From positions 193,407 to 257,406 of the IMG/VR virus record IMGVR_UViG_3300031420_000495: a DNA stretch of 64,000 bases. One strand, written 5' to 3'. A program made the translations under genes and the position numbers. Source of the stretch: a virus (lineage: Duplodnaviria; Caudoviricetes). The notes under the pieces are model-generated. The model was not told the origin of the DNA. It made no database searches and saw nothing but the letters and a program-made list of their open reading frames with translations. This document shows positions 26,213 through 32,652 of the stretch, piece by piece (position 1 is the first letter of the stretch; every line of letters starts with the position of its first letter).

Positions 26213-26287
26213 TGGTGGGGCGCCGCAGAATCGAACTGCGCTCTCTCCGGTTAAGAGCCGGGACTTCGCCAGCAAAGTTTGCACCCC
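26213..26287 (-). tRNA. tRNA-Lys(CTT)
   Basis: Loop CT-CTT-AA; A8. Confidence 0.87.
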
Positions 26288-26292
26288 ATGTT

Positions 26293-26367
26293 TGGTATCG
26301 CCGAGGAGAATCGAACTCCCGTTCCCAGATTGAAAGTCTAGTGTCCTAACCGTTAGACGACGGCGAT
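26293..26367 (-). tRNA. tRNA-Glu(TTC), canonical
   Basis: Loop CT-TTC-AA. Confidence 0.93.
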
Positions 26368-26374
26368 ATAATTC

Positions 26375-26447
26375 TGGTACCACCGGCAGGAGTCGAGCCT
26401 GCGTAATCGCGCTTCGTAGGCGCAACACCGAATCCCTCGGCGGTGGT
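26375..26447 (-). tRNA. tRNA-Arg(ACG), minimal D-arm
   Basis: Loop CT-ACG-AA; D region CCGAGGGATTCGG; T-loop CTCGACT. Confidence 0.8.
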
Positions 26448-26454
26448 ATAATTC

Positions 26455-26781
26455 TTATGCAGCTACACGATCAGGTTTCTGTGCATCGAGCATTTCGATA
26501 TACGCGTGCGGCGAAGTGCCGACATCCAGCGTATGAATTTTCTCGAAGCCGTTTTCCTTCGTAATCATCGAGTCTTTCGACTTGATGCCGCCAGTGTACT
26601 TGCCGTCGCCTTTCTTGTGCATCAGATCGCCGGAAGCCGGATCGATCGAACCCCAATCAGGGGTGTGTGCATCAGCGAGAACTTCGACGTAGTACTTTGC
26701 ACCAGTGCGGATTGATGATACAATGAAGCGTCCGGTTTCGTCAGTGTTCGTGAGGAATCGTTTGGTGAAGTCGGCGTTCAT
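26455..26781 (-). CDS. Hypothetical protein inside the tRNA array
   Basis: Start trimmed to MNADFTKRF behind AGGAG. Confidence 0.8.
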   Translation of the reverse strand: MNADFTKRFLTNTDETGRFIVSSIRTGAKYYVEVLADAHTPDWGSIDPASGDLMHKKGDGKYTGGIKSKDSMITKENGFEKIHTLDVGTSPHAYIEMLDAQKPDRVAA

Positions 26782-26811
26782 GGTGTATCTCCTGCTCTGG
26801 TTATGGGTAAT

Positions 26812-26884
26812 TGGCAACCGCGTAGAGAATCGAACTCTATCCAATTTCGCTCAGAACGAAACGTGCCTGCCAAGGCTCACGGCA
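26812..26884 (-). tRNA. tRNA-Gln(CTG), minimal D-arm
   Basis: Loop TT-CTG-AG; T1.T72; D hairpin GCCT-TGGC-AGGC. Confidence 0.8.
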
Positions 26885-26890
26885 TCTGTT

Positions 26891-26982
26891 TGGCTCCCCG
26901 AGGTGGACTCGAACCACCATAACCGCCGAAGCGGTATACGTCTGATTAACAGTCAGGTCTCTTACCATTAGAGTACCGGGGA
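26891..26982 (-). tRNA. tRNA-Asn(GTT) with 22-nt variable arm
   Basis: Loop CT-GTT-AA; V hairpin ACCGC-TTCG-GCGGT. Confidence 0.85.
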
Positions 26983-26990
26983 ATTGTTAC

Positions 26991-27075
26991 TGGTCGTTGG
27001 GGTAGGAATTGAACCTACGTTGTCAATAATGACCTGGATTATCGGTCCAGTGCCTAACCATTCGGCCACCCAACG
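26991..27075 (-). tRNA. tRNA-Ile(GAT) with long variable arm and C33
   Basis: Loop CC-GAT-AA; Leu-like 3-bp D stem; 15-nt V region; A73. Confidence 0.82.
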
Positions 27076-27086
27076 ATATGTTTAGA

Positions 27087-27169
27087 TTCTTCGACAAATG
27101 CCCGAGGGCGTGCGGTTACAAGGGGGAATCGTAAAAGGATAACCTTGTGATTGCGAAGCGGTCAAAGAA
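27087..27169 (-). ncRNA. Y-RNA-like ncRNA inside the tRNA array
   Basis: TTCTTTGAC-C-G / T-GTCGAAGAA end helix; ACAAGG/CCTTGT stem with pyrimidine-rich loop; GGTTATCC motif shared with 2018-2101. Confidence 0.6.
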
Positions 27170-27173
27170 AACT

Positions 27174-27247
27174 TGGAAGGGGAGGATGGAATCGAACCAT
27201 CGCACTCTGGGTCAAAACCAGATGCTCTACCACTAAGCTACACCCCT
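27174..27247 (-). tRNA. tRNA-Gln(TTG), canonical size
   Basis: Loop TT-TTG-AC. Confidence 0.9.
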
Positions 27248-27254
27248 ATTGTAC

Positions 27255-27328
27255 TGGTCCTTCGTGGTGGAATCGGACCACCGTATCTCGCCTATCAAGC
27301 GAGGGTTCTACCATTGAACTAACGAAGG
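27255..27328 (-). tRNA. tRNA-Ile(GAT), canonical
   Basis: Loop TT-GAT-AG. Confidence 0.92.
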
Positions 27329-27335
27329 AATGTTC

Positions 27336-27409
27336 TGGCAGGCCATCAGGGAATCGAACCCCAGTCAAGAGTTTTGGAGACTCGTGTGTTACCACTACAC
27401 CAATGACCT
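27336..27409 (-). tRNA. tRNA-Trp(CCA), canonical; first tRNA of the array
   Basis: Loop CT-CCA-AA; G73. Confidence 0.93.
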
Positions 27410-27412
27410 GTT

Positions 27413-27507
27413 GTATTTTCAAAGTCTACATTCATGCGATGCGAAACGCAGTACTAGCTCATTCACCAGCAACTCTAGGTGATAAACATCGTAGACTTTG
27501 AAAATAC
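27413..27507 (-). ncRNA. Structured RNA closed by a perfect 17-bp inverted repeat
   Basis: GTATTTTCAAAGTCTAC/GTAGACTTTGAAAATAC; internal TCACC/GGTGA and TGCG/CGCA stems. Confidence 0.55.
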
Positions 27508-27632
27508 GCCTCGTGAGAAGCGTATCAAACATATCCATCCCTTTGTCGCACTCGGCAGCCTGAAGAGTACTCGGCTGGGTCATCGCGGTCCGGCGTTATT
27601 TCTATACCGCGAGTCCTGACGCGGTGTACTGC
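27501..27632 (-). ncRNA. GC-rich multi-hairpin RNA between the attenuator and the array
   Basis: ACCGCG/CGCGGT, CAGCC/GGCTG and ATACGC/GCGTAT hairpins. Confidence 0.4.
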
Positions 27633-27635
27633 AGA

Positions 27636-27671
27636 TAAAACAAAAGGGTCCGTACTTTCGTAGGGACCCTT
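27636..27671 (-). terminator. Attenuator terminator in the tRNA-array leader
   Basis: AAGGGTCC-C-TAC-GAAA-GTA-C-GGACCCTT then TTGTTTT. Confidence 0.85.
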
Positions 27672-27725
27672 GGAGTTTGCACGAGCGCAAGCTGTTCAGC
27701 TTGTCATCGTTGACCTCCAGGGTCC
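27664..27725 (-). promoter_or_regulatory. Antiterminator helix
   Basis: GGACCCTGGAG (27715-27725) pairs with CTCCAAGGGTCC (27664-27675), which includes the terminator 5' arm. Confidence 0.8.
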
Positions 27726-27826
27726 TTATCATTTTGTTCAATATTAAACTCGACGCGCATGGTATCGCGCTGGCAATCTTGCCAATGCTTCTCCATGTTA
27801 GTCGTGCGTTTAGTATTGAAGTTCAT
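27704..27826 (-). CDS. Leader peptide, 40 aa: MNFNTKRTTNMEKHWQDCQRDTMRVEFNIEQNDKDPGGQR
   Basis: AAGGA SD (27833-27837); TGA 9 nt after the antiterminator strand; not in the ORF track. Confidence 0.8.
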   Translation of the reverse strand: MNFNTKRTTNMEKHWQDCQRDTMRVEFNIEQNDKDPGGQR

Positions 27827-27872
27827 GATACGTCCTTAGTGTTCGTTGCGCAGCAAATTTGCTGCTGATGTA

Positions 27873-28140
27873 ATTATATATGGTAATTTTCGTATTCGCG
27901 AATTTTTCGTTCAACGCGATTTCGTCGATCACCGTGTTCGTTCAGTAGGAGCATTCTACCACAAAATTTCGTATCGTACAAATTTATTTCAACGTCGTTT
28001 TGTTTGTAGAACGTTCACGCTGTTCGTTCAGAGAGAAGCATTCTATCAGAACTTTCGATCTTGTGTAACTTATTTTGTGATCGAACGCTTCGTCGTTCAA
28101 GACGCGGTGTACTGCGTCTAAGAGGAGGTAATTATACACT
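27873..28140 (-). promoter_or_regulatory. Tandem sigma70-like promoters driving the leader and tRNA array
   Basis: -10 boxes TATAAT (27873-27878), TGGTAGAAT (about 27954-27962), TAGAAT (about 28041) and TATAAT (about 28132). Confidence 0.6.
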
Positions 28141-28154
28141 GAAAATTCATCTGC

Positions 28155-28162
28155 TATAAATA
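28155..28162 (+). promoter_or_regulatory. T4-type late promoter TATAAATA
   Basis: Exact consensus upstream of 28194. Confidence 0.75.
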
Positions 28163-28193
28163 TACACGTGTTGAACACACTGCAGAGGACCAG

Positions 28194-28925
28194 ATGAAAC
28201 GGAAAGCGAAACCACAGGGGCAAGCGGCGGAAAGATCACTCTTTCAGCGCTATGCGCCAGCCATCGCTGTTTTGGTTGTCTTCACGATCATCATCACCGC
28301 TATTGTCGGCACCATCAAAGTCATCCAGCGCGAAGCTGCTCACAGGCCTGTTGTCGTGGCAGAAGACTTGCCAGGACCAAAGAACCAAATCAGCCAGCGT
28401 TCGAAAGAACAGCTTGTCACCATGTCTCAAGAGTATCCTCATATTCTTGCTGTGGCTGTTACCCGCTATCACTACAAAAAGAACGAAAACCTGTTTGCAT
28501 ACGCCTGGGCGAAAACGCCAGCAGTCAAGAAAGTTCTCGACAAAATCATTGACGACTTGAACAAACGTCAGACAGGGCCGAACGCAATGTCGTCTGACGA
28601 AGTTGCTGCGATGAATGCTAAGAATCCAGAACGAGCTGCACGCATGTTGCGCAACTCGGAAGAAGCAAGATTAGGACTAATCAAGTGCGTGCCTATATCC
28701 GAGGCAACACTGACCTACAATGAACTCAGGACCATCACAACTGGTATTTGCTATGCGTCGATTCCGCCATTTGAGGCGGCACCGGCAATGGGAATAATCA
28801 TGTTGACGGATAGTAAGCTTACTGAGTATTCGGAGCTGGCTGAGATGCGACGCATCCTGCTAGCACTTCAGATTGATATTTATAATCGCGACTTCAAGGG
28901 TCGTGAGACTTGGGCACACCCATAA
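28194..28925 (+). CDS. Single-TM protein with periplasmic GAF-like domain (holin-T-like)
   Basis: TM; GICYASIPPFE; C-terminus LQIDIYNRDFKGRETWAHP. Confidence 0.55.
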   Translation: MKRKAKPQGQAAERSLFQRYAPAIAVLVVFTIIITAIVGTIKVIQREAAHRPVVVAEDLPGPKNQISQRSKEQLVTMSQEYPHILAVAVTRYHYKKNENLFAYAWAKTPAVKKVLDKIIDDLNKRQTGPNAMSSDEVAAMNAKNPERAARMLRNSEEARLGLIKCVPISEATLTYNELRTITTGICYASIPPFEAAPAMGIIMLTDSKLTEYSELAEMRRILLALQIDIYNRDFKGRETWAHP

Positions 28926-28926
28926 T

Positions 28927-29619
28927 ATGAAAGATTTCCTTCACCGTAACGTGACGCTAATTTCTGCGTTGCTTGCAATCTCATTTGCATCAGTCTTCAT
29001 TCTCTTCGTTCTGCTGCTTGCAGCGAAGGAACAGAAGGACACGTTTGAATTTCTGGACGAGCCGACAGTTGCGCTGTCAGACTTGCCTGGTAAAAAGGAC
29101 AACATCAGCGACAGATCGAAGAAGGAAATCGGCGTGTTGCTTGACGGCAATCCTCACGTGCTAGGCGGATGGGCTTCGAAAATTCACTACGAAAAACGTG
29201 AGAACCCAGTCATTCACTTCTTCGCACGTGATCCGCTTGTCATCACTGCAATGAATAACTACGATCAAATTCAGAAGAGTGGTCGTGGTTATTCGTCAGC
29301 TGAACTTGATGCGGCAACACCGCAGTCAGCGAAGAACACAGAAGAAGCGAAGACAGGTTTGATTACGTGCGGACCGTTGGCGTCAACCAACATTGGTAAG
29401 TTGGCGCCAGGTATTGAACGGAAAGTGAAGGGTGTTTGCCGTGCCACGATCCCGCCTTTTGACGAGAACGTGAACTTAGCAATTGTTGTGCTGATTGACA
29501 ACGATGGTCTGAATCAGGACGATCCAGACATTGTGGAGATTCGTCGCACGCTACTTCAGTTGCAGATTGACATCTTCAACCGCGACTTCAAAGGTCGTGA
29601 GACTTGGGCGCACCCTTAA
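28927..29619 (+). CDS. Tandem paralog of 28194-28925
   Basis: Start trimmed to MKDFLH; GVCRATIPPFD; C-terminus LQIDIFNRDFKGRETWAHP. Confidence 0.55.
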   Translation: MKDFLHRNVTLISALLAISFASVFILFVLLLAAKEQKDTFEFLDEPTVALSDLPGKKDNISDRSKKEIGVLLDGNPHVLGGWASKIHYEKRENPVIHFFARDPLVITAMNNYDQIQKSGRGYSSAELDAATPQSAKNTEEAKTGLITCGPLASTNIGKLAPGIERKVKGVCRATIPPFDENVNLAIVVLIDNDGLNQDDPDIVEIRRTLLQLQIDIFNRDFKGRETWAHP

Positions 29620-30059
29620 AAACGGAGTGACAGGTAGATCAGCACACCTGCAAGTGCTATTGTGGCCACGGCTGACGACGCCAGAATCCAGCTCAGATTA
29701 TTTTCTAACGCACTGTACTTGCGGATTGACGCAGTGTAATACTGTTCGCCCTGCGTGTTATGCCAGGTCGACAAGTGCAACTCGATTGGAAATTCTTTCC
29801 CATCTTTTGTTACGCCAAACAGGCGAGATGTCTTGCCGAGATACAACTCGGCTTGCTTCTTTATATCTGGGCTCTTGAACCGCAGAGGCATGATGGTCGT
29901 GATCGGCTGATTCATCAGCTCTTCTTCTGTGTAGCCGAACATGTCAAGAGCTGCTTGATTGAAATCAAGTATGTTTCCATCATGGCTTCCCACGATGATG
30001 CCATAGTCGATGGATGATGCGAATGCTTTGAATTGCGGATTGTTTTGCAGTGTTTTCAT
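29616..30059 (-). CDS. PAS-domain protein with C-terminal TM anchor
   Basis: ILDFNQAALDMFGYTEEELMNQPITTIMP; GVTKDGKEFPIELHLS. Confidence 0.88.
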   Translation of the reverse strand: MKTLQNNPQFKAFASSIDYGIIVGSHDGNILDFNQAALDMFGYTEEELMNQPITTIMPLRFKSPDIKKQAELYLGKTSRLFGVTKDGKEFPIELHLSTWHNTQGEQYYTASIRKYSALENNLSWILASSAVATIALAGVLIYLSLRF

Positions 30060-31300
30060 GCAGGGTCCTTGGTAAGGGCGAAGTATGGAGTCCCGATGCT
30101 GAACTTCGTTTTGTCGTCCAGCAGTTGGTAAAACGACTGCGGGTTGCCGTCGTAATGTAAGGTATATTTACCTGGTTCCACCTGCATGTTTACGTCGAAG
30201 TCCGACGCCACGTAGGCATCGATTTCTTCGAGTCGATCTTCACCCAACTGCTCGATCAGGATTTCGCGAAGTCGCGAACGGTCCATGATCGTGACCCACC
30301 ACAGGTCTGTACATACACTGCCTTGATCGACGAAGCCGGCCGGCGCGTTCTCTTGCGCATGCTCGTATTCCTCGCACGCTTCTTCGCTTTCGTTCCCGTC
30401 TTCATCTGCGTCGGAGTAACGTCGACGGCCATCTTCCGCCCATTGACGCCAGTTGTCGCCGACTGCGATGACGCCGGTTTCTTCATTGGTGAAGACGTTC
30501 GGACTTGAGTTGCCGACGAACACATAGACAATACCGAACTTCTCGGCATAGAACTTGGTGTTTGCGCAGATGCCGGCATTGTTGCCAACGCTTGGCAGAT
30601 CGCCATCGCCATTTGCATCAGTCCATGCTTTCAGTGCGTTCTCGAAACGGAACCAGTCCATTGCGACGAGGTCACCAGTTTTGAATTCGATCTGCACGGT
30701 TTCGCATTTCTTCTTCGGCTCGATTGGAACGCATTTCGTGAATCCTGTGCTGCGGGTGACGGTGCCGAGTACTGGCGTCCAATCTTCGAATTGAATGTGA
30801 ATGTACTCGCCCGTGATGCCGCACGCCATCATTTGACTGACGGCATGGAATGAGAAATCGCCTGCGTCGATGAACGCAACGAATTCGTTATAGATGGCGT
30901 CGAGGTCAAGCTGTTCTTCTTCATCGCCGGCGAAGATAATTTTGTAAATGTTGATGCCAGGCGAAAGAAGAATGTACGAGAAAACTTCTTCCATTTCTTC
31001 GACGGCCCAATTGCGGATATGCGCTTTACCCGTATTCAGAACGAGTGCATCCCAGAAATGGGCGAAGTTGACGGAACGTCCGCCACTATTTGCAACAGGT
31101 TTGAGTTCGCCGGCTTTCAGCTTTGCCTTGAAGAATCGCATCGCAGCTTTGACGATGATTTCTTGTCGGGCATCGTGAATTTTCATGTACCACGCTTCGC
31201 TTGCTGTTTTGTCGTCAGATGATGGACGTGGATTTTCATTGCGAAAATCCAGCAGGCGTTGCAGGTCGTCAGGTTTGAAAAAGTCGGCGAAAGTTGTCAT
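30056..31300 (-). CDS. Acidic hypothetical protein
   Basis: 414-aa ORF, phage-like codon use. Confidence 0.8.
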   Translation of the reverse strand: MTTFADFFKPDDLQRLLDFRNENPRPSSDDKTASEAWYMKIHDARQEIIVKAAMRFFKAKLKAGELKPVANSGGRSVNFAHFWDALVLNTGKAHIRNWAVEEMEEVFSYILLSPGINIYKIIFAGDEEEQLDLDAIYNEFVAFIDAGDFSFHAVSQMMACGITGEYIHIQFEDWTPVLGTVTRSTGFTKCVPIEPKKKCETVQIEFKTGDLVAMDWFRFENALKAWTDANGDGDLPSVGNNAGICANTKFYAEKFGIVYVFVGNSSPNVFTNEETGVIAVGDNWRQWAEDGRRRYSDADEDGNESEEACEEYEHAQENAPAGFVDQGSVCTDLWWVTIMDRSRLREILIEQLGEDRLEEIDAYVASDFDVNMQVEPGKYTLHYDGNPQSFYQLLDDKTKFSIGTPYFALTKDPA

Positions 31301-31303
31301 TGG

Positions 31304-31438
31304 TTATTCTTTGGATTGGGTTTGTTCATCCAAGTCAGCTTGCGCTTCCTCGGCTTCTTGGTTGCGTCGTTGCTCGATCGATGGCCCATTGCAGGTGCAA
31401 CGATCGGGAAGATACTTGTTACATTTCTTGCATCGCAT
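31304..31438 (-). CDS. Small Cys-motif protein (44 aa)
   Basis: Translated by hand: MRCKKCNKYLPDRCTC... Confidence 0.55.
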   Translation of the reverse strand: MRCKKCNKYLPDRCTCNGPSIEQRRNQEAEEAQADLDEQTQSKE

Positions 31439-31455
31439 ATCTGCGCCAGACCAGT

Positions 31456-31779
31456 TCATGCCGACTCCGTCCATTTAGGGTTGAGTACCGCGCGACGCTG
31501 TCCGACTTTCGCGCGATCGATAGTTCCATCAGGCAACATCCACGCTGCGCAGTCACCAGCATACATGGCGAGGGCGCAAGTATTCTCGTTCGGATCGTTG
31601 CTGTAAACGATCTTCGTGACCTGCCATCCATACTTCACAGCTTTCTCGAGCGCAGTCATCTGCGCGTCCGATACGAAAGCCGTGAAGAGTTGAAGGAAGA
31701 CTTCATTCTTCATGCTCAGCTCAGGGTTGATGCCGAGCGATTTCAGAAGAGGTTTGGTTTTGAGAGTGTTTGGTTGCAT
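31456..31779 (-). CDS. Hypothetical protein
   Basis: Start trimmed to MQPNTLK after an early promoter. Confidence 0.7.
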   Translation of the reverse strand: MQPNTLKTKPLLKSLGINPELSMKNEVFLQLFTAFVSDAQMTALEKAVKYGWQVTKIVYSNDPNENTCALAMYAGDCAAWMLPDGTIDRAKVGQRRAVLNPKWTESA

Positions 31780-31813
31780 GAGAAGATTATACACTATCCG
31801 GCAAAAATGCACA

Positions 31814-32248
31814 TCACTTTATGCCCAGCATTTGTTTCTGCTGTTCCATCAGTTGCAGTTGCTTTTCTTGTTCGCGTTCTGCGGCACACTTGCTTTTTGC
31901 TTCATCAATATCCCACTGACGGATCATGCCAACACGAAGGCGGTCCGTCAGCTTCTGCTGTGCGCACGGATCAGCCATCGCTTCTTTGATGTTGTCCGGA
32001 TTTGCTGGCAACGTATACTTGTCGTTTTGATGGGAAATGGTGTAGATGAAAAAGCTGACCATTGAAACGATTAGCACGATGAAACACGTAAAACTCGTTT
32101 CGAACTCACCATCATAGGAGAAGAACAGCTTGCGAAAAGCTTTGCGGATTCCGCGAAGAATGTTGCCTGGAATTTCGAAGATTGGCGCGATCAACCAGCC
32201 GGCACGTAGTACGCGGCGAGACCACATGCGTCGTGTTCCGCTTCTCAT
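31814..32248 (-). CDS. Membrane-anchored hypothetical protein
   Basis: N-terminus GTRRMWSRRVLRAGW; TM; paralog of next gene. Confidence 0.75.
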   Translation of the reverse strand: MRSGTRRMWSRRVLRAGWLIAPIFEIPGNILRGIRKAFRKLFFSYDGEFETSFTCFIVLIVSMVSFFIYTISHQNDKYTLPANPDNIKEAMADPCAQQKLTDRLRVGMIRQWDIDEAKSKCAAEREQEKQLQLMEQQKQMLGIK

Positions 32249-32652
32249 TTTGCACCCAATCGTTTGAGGACAGCTTTCTGCTCTTGCAGTTGGCCGACAG
32301 CTTTCCAGTGTTCATCACAGTCGATCTGGCCAATCATCAGATCGCGGTTCGTCAGTGGCGCACCCTTCTTGTCGATTGCCTGCCGACGCGGCATCAGATC
32401 GATCATGCAATTGTTTCCTTTGAGTGCAGCTTCAATCTCTGCACCGGTGGCAACACGATCAAGATACATTTGGCGATTTGTACATGCGCCAATACCTGCT
32501 GCACAGCCGAAGAGGCAGAGCGTTGTTATGGCCGCATCTTTGGTTCCGAACATGAACTTCAAGACCTTGGCAGGAAATTGCAATACGGGCGCAAGTGCCC
32601 AGCCAGCGCGGAGCACGCGGCGAGACCACATGCGTCGTGTTCCGGGTTTCAT
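32245..32652 (-). CDS. Membrane-anchored hypothetical protein, paralog
   Basis: Same GTRRMWSRRVLRAGW N-terminus; start trimmed to MKPG. Confidence 0.75.
   Translation of the reverse strand: MKPGTRRMWSRRVLRAGWALAPVLQFPAKVLKFMFGTKDAAITTLCLFGCAAGIGACTNRQMYLDRVATGAEIEAALKGNNCMIDLMPRRQAIDKKGAPLTNRDLMIGQIDCDEHWKAVGQLQEQKAVLKRLGAK

Noticed and set aside
23849-27409. Regularly spaced repeats that might be a CRISPR array
   Set aside because: The repeats are T-arm/CCA motifs of tRNAs; no constant repeat-spacer pattern and no cas genes
23988-27501. ORF-track entries overlapping tRNA genes (e.g. 24197-24388, 25211-25450, 25887-26102, 26198-26428, 27151-27501)
   Set aside because: They translate tRNA sequence; the cloverleaf folds explain the region
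27560-27566. CTGAAGA resembling a hammerhead ribozyme core
   Set aside because: No GAAA(C) partner or stem II/III arrangement on that strand
27413-27632. tmRNA, RNase P RNA, SRP or 6S RNA
   Set aside because: No GGGGC..TCCACCA ends, P4 helix signature, SRP domain IV or 6S-type long hairpin recognisable
27677-27868. 63-aa plus-strand ORF over the leader
   Set aside because: Antisense to the SD-led leader ORF and the array; no RBS
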